Source: Octopus sinensis (Eukaryota). From it: DNA of 64,000 bases. The DNA is taken from NCBI RefSeq assembly GCF_006345805.1, contig NW_021832843.1:1-64000 (forward strand), in the 5' to 3' direction. Of this stretch, positions 51,651-64,000 are shown in pieces (position 1 is the first letter of the stretch; each line of letters opens with the position of its first letter). The position numbers were made by a program, and so were the translations under genes. A model generated the notes under the pieces. That model saw nothing but the letters and a program-made list of their open reading frames with translations, searched no databases and had not been told where the DNA came from.

Positions 51651-53345
51651 CATCTTTGCATGAATTTATACTGCCTAATAACAAAGACATTTTCTAAAAA
51701 ATACTTTCTAAGATAGTATCATATTTTTTGTAGAAAGGAGTATTAATTAAATTGATCCTGGAATTTCATTGATATCCTCCCGCACTTTACAGCTTGACAA
51801 ACGTCATGATAGAAAACTTTCAGTATAGACTGGTTCAAATTATAACGTTAAATAATAATAACAATAAAAGCAGGGAAAATGGTCAAATGTTTGCTACACG
51901 AAGGTGCCATTATCAGCTGCCTAACTTCACACGCACACACAAGTGGCTGTGTAAATTATGAGAGGTCTTTCTGTTGCACTCAGCCATATATGAGGATAAA
52001 GGACATAGTTCGACCCACTGGAGTTTGAACTCAAACATAAAGGAATACAACTAACTATTATAGAGATATTTTACACGATAATCCACCATTTCTGCCAATG
52101 ATATAAATAAATGACAAGAATGAATGAGAATTTAGAGTATTAGAGACTATATAAATATGTAAATATATAGATATCACAATAATAATAAAAAGCAAAAATA
52201 TATGTAAATCTGTAAAAGATAAAAGCGAGAAATGATGAAAGAAAGATGTGTTAATTAAAGGTTGATAGATGACAAAAGTTGATAAAAATCGAAGCAGTCG
52301 GAAATTTAGAAAAGAATACGAAAAGCGGCCATTGAAAAAAATCATATTTTTTAAAAAATTAATATGGCGGTTATTTAGATTTATCAAAATGAAATAAACA
52401 GCTGTTTGTTAATGGCGTTTGTGTTTGTTTAAACTTCCCGGTGTTGTTGATCTAGTATTTACATTTTAATTGTTAGTTGTTTAGTTTGTTTGTTTTTATT
52501 GTTGTTCTCTTTATATCTTAATTGTTGTTAAAGCTGATTTATTTCTATTTGATGTTGTTCTTTTAACCTCGTTTCTATTCCCTGTCGTTCTCGCAATCTT
52601 TAACTTTTTTTTGAGATTTGAAATATTATTTTGATGTATTTGCGCGTGTATATGTGTGACTATATTTGTATGTGTGTGTATGTGTGTATGTGTGTGTGTG
52701 TTTGAGTTACTGTGTGTGTATTTATCCATATTAATCTTTGTTTTACTTTTCTTGTTGTCGATGCCTTTGGTCATTCTTGCAAGTCATGCATATTGAAGGT
52801 GAATCTAACGGTAACGATGATGGTGATGATGATGATGATGAGGAGGAGGAGGAGGAGAGGAGGAAGAGGAGGAGGAAGAGGAGGAGGATAGTGATGATGA
52901 TGATGAAGACGATGACGCAGGAGACAACGAGGATGATAATGACGATGATGATGATGATCATTATTATCATTATCATCATCACCATCATCATTCTCGTGGT
53001 CGTAGGGTTGGAGGTAGTGCTGATGATAATGACGACGATGTGAACTATGATGATGATGATGATGATGGTAGTGGTGGTGGTGGCGGTGGTGGACGCAGCG
53101 GCGGATGCGTCGGCGGTAGCGGTAGTGGTTGTGATAGTGGTGCTGGTGGTGGCGGCGGCGGTGGTGGTGGTGGTGGGTGAAATAGTAATGACATTTGTAA
53201 AAAACAAAATAAATGTTTTACAGTTCACGTGCTGTCACCAATTACTAAATTCAAAGAAAAAAATAATAAAATGCTTACACACAAACAACCTCATATATGC
53301 ATGTGTATATATATGTGTATGTGTGTATATATATATGTGTGTGTA

Positions 53346-53380
<35 letters not shown>

Positions 53381-53508
53381 GTGGTGAGATGGAACTTAGG
53401 GGTCCATCTCACCACAACTATGCGTGTGCGAGTGTGTAGTCATACATGCACACTGTTCGATATAGACGTCCAACGTCGGCGCACCCTTTATTGTCCTCAG
53501 TATTATTA

Positions 53509-53560
<52 letters not shown>

Positions 53561-55410
53561 TACTACTACTACTACTACTTTTTATCCAGATCAAATATAT
53601 ATTTAATAAACATTTAATAAATATATCAACAAAGCTGACAAAGGAGGCAAACAGAAAACGTTTACGATGATGATGATAATGATGATGACGATGATGACAA
53701 CGACGGCGGCGGCGGCGATGATGATGATCATCATCATCATGTTGATCATCATTATGATGGTGATGATGGAAGTAGATGAAGACGGACATGGAGAAAAAGA
53801 AAAAGAAGGAAAATGAAACAAATGTAAGAAAAACAAACAAATGTTCAAAAGTGCTATACGGTTCAGAAGGTTAATTTCCTTGCGATCGTCTGTTTTCTGT
53901 ATTTGATACAAAAAGAAAAAAAAATATGGCAACTAAAGCAACCGGAAGTGACTTCATTAGTGACTACACTGAGAAAGCGCTGAGGCGAAAAGGGAGAAAA
54001 TAAACGACAAATAAGAAATGAAGAAAAAAAGAGGAAGAGGAAACGAAAAGAGAATACAAACAAAATGGTGATGAGAGCATATCTGCTTTATCACTATATA
54101 ACTATTGCAAACGTTCTCATTTTGCCACTGATTATATACATCGTTACAATAGCTAACAATAGGCCAATAATAATAGATATGTTAACGATGTCCACTCTAC
54201 CGCCATTGTTTGCCAAAACAGGCTCCATTTTATGAAAGACACTGACCTAACCTGTCGACATAATCAAATAATTCAAATGTTTGATTCAACATTCAACTTT
54301 GACGGGCGGCGGGTCCGTAACTCAATACATACGTCTACGGTCTACGGACACATACAAGTACATAGAGTATACGTATGTGTATGTGTTTATATATGTGTAT
54401 GCATACATGTATGTATGTACGTATATATGTATGCATGTATGTATGTATGGATGTGTGTGTATGTATATATGTATACACACACACGCACACACACATATAT
54501 ATCATATATATAGTATAATATAATTTATATATACATACATATACATATATATATACATATATATATATATATATTTATATCTAAATACACATACACACAC
54601 ATGCATACATATATTGATAATTTGACAGATTGTTAAAGTGATTAACGGGTGCTTTCCTCTTTTTTCCTCTTTTTCCTTTATTTGCTTTCCTTATAAATCT
54701 ATTTGAAGTCTGACTATAATATATGTATGAATGTTCGCACATGACACCACTGGCTATCAGATTTTACATAATATACACATATACATGTATATACATACTT
54801 AAATAATGTATGGCTTGCGTGCGTATCGACTCGTGAGTGCATATATATATATATATAAAACCTAGCATATTGTACCTTACGCATATATACAAACTGTATG
54901 CAAAACTATGCGCTACGATTTCGATTCGAGGTCAGACTTACATTTAGTTTTAAGCGAAAATACCGGCAATATGCGTAACTGTCTGTGTCCTCATGTATGT
55001 GGGGATGCCACTTCTTGTGTTTGGGGTCCCGTGTCATGAAAGGTACACTGAAAAAAAAATAAAGAACATCTTACTCCTATATTTCATAAATTGTAATAAA
55101 CACTTTATTCTTATATATACAGGATTTACGCCTAGGGGAAATTTCGAAAATGCATAATTTTTTAAGGGTTGGTTCTGACGAAATAAACGCTGCTTTGCAC
55201 TTCGAAAATTAGAATAATTTTGGTAGTATTTAAGTAAACACTGAAACCAAAAGTTATGTACGCACATAATTGCAATAACGAAAAATCAATGACAATTGAT
55301 GCAAGCATGACATATATAATAAAAGAGATTTGAATGTGGGTTATGACACCTGCCAAATTAATTCTTCGCACGTGCATACATAAAGACATATATACAAACA
55401 TATACACACG

Positions 55411-55468
<58 letters not shown>

Positions 55469-56124
55469 ATATATATATAATTAGATTGATAGATAGATAG
55501 ATTATGTTTATGCCTAAATAATAGCCCACGAGCTAGAGGCGGCCCAGGTGATTGTTCAGCTTCCGTTACCCCAGACAGTCTTGTGTAAACTGTACATGTG
55601 TACTGTATGTATATATGTATGTGTATTTAAGTGTGTGTGTGTATATATATATGTGTGTATGCATGTACGTATGTATGTATGTGTTTGTGTGTGTATGTAT
55701 ATATGTATATATATACATATATATATGTGTGTGTGTGTGTGTATGTACGTATGCATGTATGTACGCATCTGTGTGTGTGTATGTGTGTATGTGTGTGCGT
55801 CTGTGTCTGTGTGTACGGAAGAGTTGTAGCTGTAACGAAACATTGTGATGCGAAGGTAATATGAAATGAAAGACTGTGACATACGAATAGATAAAATAAA
55901 GAATTATTTATTAATATCTAGCAGTGTGGTAAAAAGTTAGCTTTTCATCCACATGGTTCCAGATACTTTTCTACTCTTGACACAAGGCACGAAATTTTGG
56001 GGGAAGGGCCCGAAATTTTGGTTTCCTGAAACTTTGGAGTCGATTAGAACGGCCCCGATAAGCAGATTGGAAATCTGGTGCTTGAAGAAAATTGAGGAAT
56101 ACTCTAAACAGCATAATAGTTATT

Positions 56125-56553
56125 GGATCTTTTCGGTTTGAACGGCAGTTTTTAACATAATTTCTAGGTAACTAAAAAATTTTAAACTTCGTATACTGGT
56201 AGAATGTGTTTATAAAACATCTTTTTCTCTTGGCTTTATTGAGAAAATTCTATAGTTTGTAAGATATTTGCTGTTTTTTTTCTTCAATTTCTGCAATTTC
56301 AACCAATCGATGACATCCATTGAGTTAAAAAACATTTTGTGCCGTATGAATATGTTCCTCGTTTAAGAAAAAGATTGGGTTTATTTACATTTGTGAAGAA
56401 AAAAAGATAACTAACTATAACCCTAACTAACCCTATGTAACCCTAAACCCTAAAACAGATGGAAATGCAATAGATCGATTCTAGGGTCATAATTATTGTG
56501 ACAATTTCATACGACACCGCTAGAAAAGACTGCCGTTCAAACCGAAAAGATCC
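56125..56553. mobile_element. MITE with ~29-bp TIRs and 8-bp TSD (Merlin-like)
   Basis: TIR GGATCTTTTCGGTTTGAACGGCAG at both ends; TSD TAGTTATT at 56117-56124 and 56554-56561. Confidence 0.85.
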
Positions 56554-56712
56554 TAGTTATTTAATATCACCTAAAGAAGTATGTGTTTGCTTATAGAATT
56601 TTGCGTTTGAATATGTATACATTTAAGCAGGCAAACCTATTAACAAAGGCCGTTTAAGTCACGACTATACCGTCAAACATAACGGAATAGAGTACCAACA
56701 TTTATTGTGTGT

Positions 56713-57125
56713 ACTCTTTTTACTCTTGTACTTGTTTCAGTCATTTGACTGTGGCCATACTGGAGCACCGCCTTTAGTCGAGCAAATCAACCCCAGGACT
56801 TATTCTTTGTAAGTCTAGTACTTATTATATCGGTCTCTTTTTGCCGAACCGCTAAGTTACGGGAACGTAAACACACCAGCATCGGTTGTCAAGCGATGTC
56901 GGCGGGACAAACACAGACACGCAAACACATACACACACATACATATACATATATATACATATACGGCAGGCTTCTTCCAGTTTTCGTCTACCAAATCTAC
57001 TCACAAGGCTTTAGTCGGCCCGAGGCTATAGAAGAAGACACTCGCTCAAGGTGCCACGCAGTGGGACTGACCCGGAACCATGTGGTTGGTAAGGAAGCTA
57101 CTTATCACACAGCCACTCCTGCGCC
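56713..57125 (-). mobile_element. SINE family B, full length
   Basis: Reverse complement of the 11256-type copy. Confidence 0.85.
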
Positions 57126-57208
57126 TGTGTGTGTGTTTTTTTATCTATTAGCATGGAGGGATATGAGGGAAATTTGGTCGTTATTTCTGCATTTAGGAAC
57201 TTATAAGC

Positions 57209-57273
<65 letters not shown>

Positions 57274-57742
57274 GCATGCATACATACATACATACATACA
57301 TACATACATACATACATACATACATACAAAAATACCCTGTTGACGTTGTTGGAATTCCAATGAAGGAGCCTTGGATCTAGGTTAGAAACCGACTCTTTCT
57401 TCATTGTCATGAAAACTTGAAATAAAACTGAATGAGGACATAGATATTCGCACACAAAACACACGCATGTGTTTTCCTGTGTGTATATTTGCTTATGTAC
57501 GATGTAATGCATTTTAGTTAACAATTACGGTAAGAAGAGCATATTGAACTTCAGGTAAATGCATAGAAACTGCATTTGCCAAGATCAGGTGAGTTGTTAC
57601 TCTTCTTTGCCTGAAATTCCCTGCATTTTGTGATTAGCACTTAAACAATTACTAACGTATCCAAGACTACCAATGGTTATTGGTACAAATGTAAATATAT
57701 ATGATAGAGATAAACTCTATGTTTCGAAAGTGTTGACCATTA

Positions 57743-57793
<51 letters not shown>

Positions 57794-58216
57794 ACTGATT
57801 TTGAAAGAAATGTTCACGTCAGCAAGTCAGCTGACCTCTCTAACAGAATATAATTTCTCTTTTCTCACCTAAACATCTGACCGGTTACGTTTGCATTTGG
57901 TTGAAGATTTGAATGTTCCACTAATATTTCTTCTATTGAAACGCCCCAGTGTCCTTAACGTAAGAAACATCATTTATATCTGTTCCACAGCAATCCTTCC
58001 GACCGATAGCATCGTCTATTGATTTAGTAGCGACTGCTTTATACTACGTTGTAAGGTAATAATTCTGATGACATTTTGAGGGTAAGGGCTGAACGCGAGT
58101 AATATCTTCCAGAGAAGTGCGATATAAGAGATACATTTAAATAACTTTATAAGTGCGTATGTACAACGTATGTGTATATACATACATGTGTGTGTGTGTG
58201 TATGTGTCTGTACGTA

Positions 58217-59130
58217 CGAGGTTGTATCAAAAGGTCCCCGAACTAGTTATGTTTAATAAAAATCTAACTTATTTACTTAAGGTTTAACTTCATCTCCTTC
58301 GAAATACCTTGCACAGTAATACAATGGCCTCAGCGTTCCTGACACGTTTTGAATCCGGCCTGGAAGTTGTTTTCCGTAAGTCGGGGACCTTCTGCGATAC
58401 GCTCTGGATCTTGACGGCGGTGTTAAAACGGTGACCTTTGAGCTGCATTATCATCTTGGGAAAGAAAGAGGTGGAAGTCTGCAGGTGCTAGATCTAGCAA
58501 ATGGGGTGGAAGGAAGCGATACCATGTTGCTTTTAGCGAGAAACTCAAAATGATGAGAGTTCGGTGACAGGGTACGTTGTCGTTGGGAAGAATCCAATTC
58601 TTCACACTCCACAGATCCGGTCGCTTTTGCCGAATATCCTCCATCAGACGTTTCAAAAACGTCGCAGTCGAACTCTCGATTGACAGCCTGGCCCTGGGGA
58701 ATGAGTTTTTCATGTACAATACCACATTCCCAGGGGTAACGCTCGTGTCAGGACTCCATATCGCTCATCGTTTTCAGGGAACTTTCTTCCACCTTTGAAG
58801 CGCCGTTGCCACCCGAAACATTCCGTACGACCCATTGCCTTGTCGCCGTAAGTTCGTAAAAGCATGGTCAATGTCTCTGTAGCAGACTTCCCAAGTTTAA
58901 TGCAAAATTTCACCTTGGCTCTTTGTTCCTGTCCATGACAAAATTGCAGACGACAGCAAACACGTAATCACAAAAACACAAATTTCACAACTTGAAAAGT
59001 AAATACAGCGATATCACTTGGCACACTGCCTCCTGAATGTCATTGCTAGCTCTCATTACGCACGCAACTGTGTGCTGCCATCTGCTGGCGTGATACGAAA
59101 CTAGTCCTAGAATTTTTTGATACCACCTCG
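58217..59130 (-). mobile_element. Internally deleted mariner relic
   Basis: TA|CGAGGT(T/G)GTATCAAAA...ACTAG TIRs; MKFCIKLGKSATETLTML...GRTECFGWQRRFKGGR; IRQKRPDLWSVKNWILPNDN (HDNA-like). Confidence 0.85.
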
Positions 59131-59253
59131 TAAGTATGTACTGCATGCAAGCATATGATGTCGGTGGTAAAGCGTCTCTAAACTGATAGAATTGTAGAGG
59201 CACCGTCCTGACATACAGTGTACCTCAAGCATTTTAATCATGGTGCAAGTCAT

Positions 59254-59322
59254 TTACATTATTTACAATGTAAATAATGTAAATAATGTACATAATTCCT
59301 CATCTCTTAAATATAGAACTGT
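59254..59322 (+). mobile_element. 69-bp 5'-truncated insertion of the tRNA-head/HHR family tail, with a short inverted 5' piece
   Basis: 14-bp TSD ATGGTGCAAGTCAT at 59240-59253 and 59323-59336; tail ATAATTCCTCATCTCTTAAATATAGAACTGT matches ~62985-63015 on the minus strand. Confidence 0.8.
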
Positions 59323-59581
59323 ATGGTGCAAGTCATCCCTCTGCTGGCCTACAGACATCGGATTTCTTCCAGTGGGTGAGAAAAATACAGAGAGATAAAT
59401 TGATCCTAATACTTAACGAATTCTATAATGATAGATCTTGAAAGAAGGAAGTGCAACGTTGCCCTCAGCGGGATTTGAACCAAGAGAGCCAAAATGAACA
59501 TCGCAAGACATCCTATCCGAGTCTTTAACAACTCTGCCAATCGACCACCTGTTACGTATATATACGCTTGCATATATGCAT

Positions 59582-59690
59582 GTAGGTAGGTAGGTAGATA
59601 AGTAGGTAGGTAGGTAGGTAGGTAGGTAGGTAGGTAGGTAGGTAGGTAGGTAGGTAGGTAGGTAGTAGTAGTAGGTAGGTAGGTAGGTAT
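59582..59690. repeat. (TAGG)n microsatellite
   Basis: Direct reading. Confidence 0.95.
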
Positions 59691-61504
59691 GCATGCATGT
59701 ATCTGAGTAGGTATTTGCGAATGTACACACATGTAGGTAATTGCATATCTATACGTGTTTATGTATGTAGATAGAGCTGAGATATGAAAAACTTACGCAA
59801 TACTTTAGATGATAGATGTGCTACTAAATATTCATCATAACTAATATTTGATATTAGATGTCTTTCGCTTGCAGCTGGCGTTATTTATCATTAGAATCAA
59901 TAGCGTTCTGTCTGTTTTGGTTTGGAAAGAGGGACGTCAGCTGGGAACATAATTTTAATATATTTATTTGAAGTTCAAATCACTTGTTCACCTATTGGGA
60001 TGTTTCAGATTGGAACATGACCCCATTCTTGGAATTAGTCGTAAACTTTTAAGAACATCTCTCAACACATAATTCTTCATTGTGCTTATTCAGTAGACAA
60101 CTAAGATAGAACGTCTTCAGCTAATACTTTGACAGACTGCTTGATAAAACGGGGATGTTAGAGTGTAAGGGATATCAGAGAGGACAGAGCGAAGATTGGC
60201 ATGAAATACCAGAGATGTGATGTACCAAGACTAGTAGAGGTGGAAGCGTATAGAATTTCAGAAACGTTAGTGTGGGGGTGGGTAGAATCGATGGTAGAAT
60301 ATATATATATATTAGATCTGGTAGTGTAGGGAGTAACGCAGGTAGTGGCATATGTGGAGTATCAGAGTTTCAACGTCGCATACTCCCATCGCTGCCACTG
60401 TCTAGAGCGTGTAGAATATCAGAAATGATAGAGTGTATAGAGTATCAGGAATAGTAATGTAATGTATTAATGTCTTAATATATCTCGCCGCACACACACA
60501 CACACTCATATATAAGACAAGCTTCTTTGGGTTTCCGTCTACGAAATTCTCTCACTAGGGTTACGTCGGCCCGAGACTAAAGTAAAAGAAACTTGCCCGC
60601 TGTGGGACAAAATTATTTATGCCTTTTAGCTTTCTTGAGTCAATAAAATTAAGCATTCTCCAGTAAAGAGGTTTATATAATTCAATGCACACCTTTTTAC
60701 ATATTACAGTGCTGTGTCAATAGTAAACACATTTATATTATAGTCTGTGTTTAATACATTGCTATTTGATTTAATAAAACATTTTATATCTTTTAGCTTG
60801 GAGGGAATGTAGTACTCATGGTCCTCTAACAATGCCTGCGTAATTGGAATAAGAGAGGAACTTATTCTCAAACAAAGGCTCTTAACGGGATGGGGTCCCT
60901 AAAATTATCCAAGGTACTAGATTGTGGTGTTAAACCGGATTATGGACTACGTCTACTACACTATTCGGCCATGGCAATAGTTAGACTTAGGACACAAGGA
61001 ATCGAAACAAATATCACAAGGCATTCGATCCCCAATTTTTTTTTTTTTTTTTTTTTTTTTACAGATCCGACAATCATCCAATTTGGACTGGTACATTTTT
61101 ATCAGCGCCGAAAGGATGAAAAGACAAAGTTGGTCTCGGTGGCATTCGAATTTTGCAAAAATACCGTGAGAACAAATACCGCGAGGTATTCTATCCGACG
61201 ATCTACCAACTAACCCAATTCGGCGCTTACAATCTTGAATCAACTATGTAGAGTCGGGAAAACCTCTCAGACTACTATAATAGTAGTTCTGGTTTCAAGT
61301 ATCGTGACATTCTCCTAATCATTTTTTTCGTGCTTAATTATCACATTTTTAAGGTTCCCCACTCGCAGTACATTCCTAGGAATGTGGTACACATGAAACT
61401 AAGGATCAAATGTTTGGTAACAGTTTGGTACTTGCCACTTACATAAGATAAGATCTTATGGGAGAATTACCGTAAAAAAAGCTTAGCTGATAAATGCTCA
61501 AAGA

Positions 61505-61505
61505 A

Positions 61506-61592
<87 letters not shown>

Positions 61593-61634
61593 AAGATAGA
61601 TAGATAGATAGATGGATAGATAGATGGATAGATG

Positions 61635-61689
<55 letters not shown>

Positions 61690-61733
61690 GGATAGATAGA
61701 TAGATGGATAGATAGATAGATAGATAGATAGAT

Positions 61734-61812
<79 letters not shown>

Positions 61813-61815
61813 CAG
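61505..61815. repeat. (GATA)n microsatellite
   Basis: Direct reading. Confidence 0.95.
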
Positions 61816-62987
61816 ATATGTAAATGCGTTTGGAAATATATATATATATATATATATATATATGGATGTATACACATGTTAGTAATAATGGTTTTGTTTT
61901 GTTAATTATTGTCTGTATCTCAATGTATCGTAATATAAATATCCACTGCCTGGCGAAAAATACCTGTGTTGTAGAAAAGACTGGCGTGAGAGGGGATTGA
62001 TGGAAAATCATCTCCTACTGACAACTAACTGACATAGCCAATGAAGGGTGATTAACGCGCTATAAAAAGACTACTAGAAGAGAACGGGCCAAAAACTGAC
62101 GGAACGTACCAAGATGATCCGATCGTCTAAATAAATGATAATACGCAAAACAAAATAAATACAACTAAAAAAAAAGAGAAAGACACATTGTAAGGAGAAA
62201 TAAAAAGAGTAGAAACAAAACAAAAAAATATAGAAAACACGAAATTTAATTTGAAGGAAGAAAAGCGTAAATCGGATGTTGTTTTGCTTGAATAGACGAT
62301 TCTTTAAAGGAGCATTGCTTTGATATGTATTTGAAAGATTTCCTAATTCATCCATTTCATTTATGTTAGCAGATGTCGGGTAAAATGCAACATGTTTTAT
62401 GCGTGGAAGGTGTGCATTTGGGGCTGGAGTAGAGCTGGCATAAAAGAAAACCTGATGGAGATGTCAGTTCAGACAAGCAGAAACTCTTCAGAAAAGTATA
62501 TTTTTCTTGGTATCTATCCTTCAGATTTACCTAAACTGTTGTACTTTCTCTGTCCATTTGTTTGCTATAGAAGATGCAGTAGTTTATAAACATCAGTTCC
62601 GCTCAGTAAGACACACTGTCTTCTCCAAGCCAGCGATTCTCAAACTTTTCTATGCACCACACAAGAAAAGATTGATTAATGTTCGCATCCCCTTTGGATG
62701 TAATATCACATTTTAAATGAAAAGTATATTTTCCAATAACAATTTGTCTTTTTAATCGATCTGCATACATTGCCGTTGGCCAACAAGCTGAACTTGAAAA
62801 TTAAACTTTTGATTTCACTCCATTATCTCACTGCAAATGTCAATTACGCGCTTAGTAAAAAATCTGTAAACATAGAAATCAATAGCAATTTTTCTACCTA
62901 CGAAGGTTAAAAAGCTATACATGTTGAATAATAATTGTCCTCAGTGTATTTGATAGATGAAAATTGTTTTTAAGAGTTAGTTTACAG

Positions 62988-63239
62988 CTCTATATTTAAG
63001 AGATGAGGAATTATATATATTATTTACAATTGACGGATATTTGTCCTCATCTTGTTTGTTGTTAACATAACGTTTTGGCTGATATACCCTCCAGCCTTCA
63101 TCAGGTGTCTTGGGGAAATTTCGAACCTGAGTTCTCATTCCTAAGGTATTTTTCGATGTTATTATTATTATTCAGATCACTGCCTGGAATCGAACTCCGA
63201 ATCTTGGGGCTAGTAGCCGCGCTCTTAACCACTACGCCA
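62988..63239 (-). mobile_element. SINE-like element: tRNA-type Pol III head, (AAT)n linker, hammerhead-bearing Penelope-type tail
   Basis: A-box TGGCGTAGTGG (63239-63229), B-box GTTCGATTCC (63195-63186), HHR at 63064-63109, TSD TAGTTTACAG at 62978-62987 and 63240-63249. Confidence 0.78.
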
Positions 63240-63701
63240 TAGTTTACAGTTGTTTTTTGAAAAGCGAATTTAATAAAGTATATATTTTCTTCCTATATTG
63301 CAAACAATGAAATACCATCTCGTGGAGTTCGGAAAACATGGATGGGAATCTCTCCACTAAACTGTGTACTTATGCACAGAAGCTACCCGCAAGAGAATTT
63401 AATGTACGCACAACAGTTCTATTTCCTAAATAATGTAATAATTAAAAATTATGCTTACTGAATACAATATCTTAATTGTTTCTGTTAATTAGTTTGTCAG
63501 ATATCACGCTTTCACATCATTAATTTACGTTGTTTCACCTGTTCCAGTTTAGCAGGAACACGGAAGCAATAATTCGTGTCTGAAAGACAATGCTTATATC
63601 GTAAAGTGTGTATCGTAATGTTTACAGGGAGGCCTTTCAATATCTACTGACAGCTTTATCCCCTCCCCAGAAATTGCTGGCCTTGTGCTAAAATTTTAAA
63701 A

Positions 63702-64000
63702 AAGACGGAGAGCTGGCAGAACGTTAGCACGCCGGGCGAAATGCGTAGCCGTATTTCGTCTGCCGTTACGTTCTAAGTTCTAATTCCGCCGAGGTCGACT
63801 TTGCCTTTCATCCTTTGAGGGTCGATTAAATAAGTACCAGTTCCGCACTGGGGTCAATGTAATCGACTTAATCCGTTTGTCTGTCCTTGTTTGTTCCATC
63901 TGTGTTTAGTCCCTTGTGGGTAGTAAAGAAATAGGTATTTCGTCTGTATTTACGTTCTGTGTTCAAATTCCGCGGAAGTCGACTTAGCCATTCATCCTTT
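63702..64000 (+). mobile_element. SINE family A with a tandem headless second unit (runs off the window)
   Basis: Same organisation as 27820-28200. Confidence 0.85.

Noticed and set aside
52760-53200. Poly-Asp/Glu/Met/Val ORFs
   Set aside because: Compound trinucleotide repeats (GAT, GAG, GGT) without a domain or splice context.
58065-58110. CTGATGA as a hammerhead core
   Set aside because: No downstream GAAA or stems.
62370-62415. Possible coding exon (CAG|ATGTCGGGT...GAAG|GT)
   Set aside because: Weak splice sites and an unrecognisable peptide; no corroborating exons.
62631-62900. hAT/Charlie-like terminus CAGCGATTCTCAAACTTTT
   Set aside because: No matching second terminus, TSD or transposase peptide found.

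Overview
AT-rich, microsatellite-dense, repeat-dominated animal DNA. It is most likely from an octopus or other coleoid cephalopod, inferred from the SINE families rather than shown directly. No host protein-coding gene could be identified; the region looks intronic or intergenic. Contents: (1) a 5.6-kb array of ~61 x 92-bp units amplified from inside a decayed RTE-type LINE; (2) a 5'-truncated Tx1/L1-clade LINE with (GATA)n on both sides; (3) two R4/Dong-like RLE retrotransposons, each with (TAA)n on both sides; (4) CR1, RTE, Tx1 and Penelope relics, two mariners, a Tc1/mariner relic, a Merlin-like MITE and a Helitron-like element; (5) many tRNA-derived SINEs of at least three families; (6) a dense set of short elements with inverted ends carrying type I hammerhead-ribozyme (HHR) folds, plus a TSD-flanked element fusing a tRNA-type Pol III head to an HHR tail; (7) a 10-bp-phased E-box cluster next to an Inr-like motif and a splice donor. 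Scattered indels in the array suggest assembly noise, so single-base lesions should be treated cautiously. Family names come from motif recognition, not database searches.
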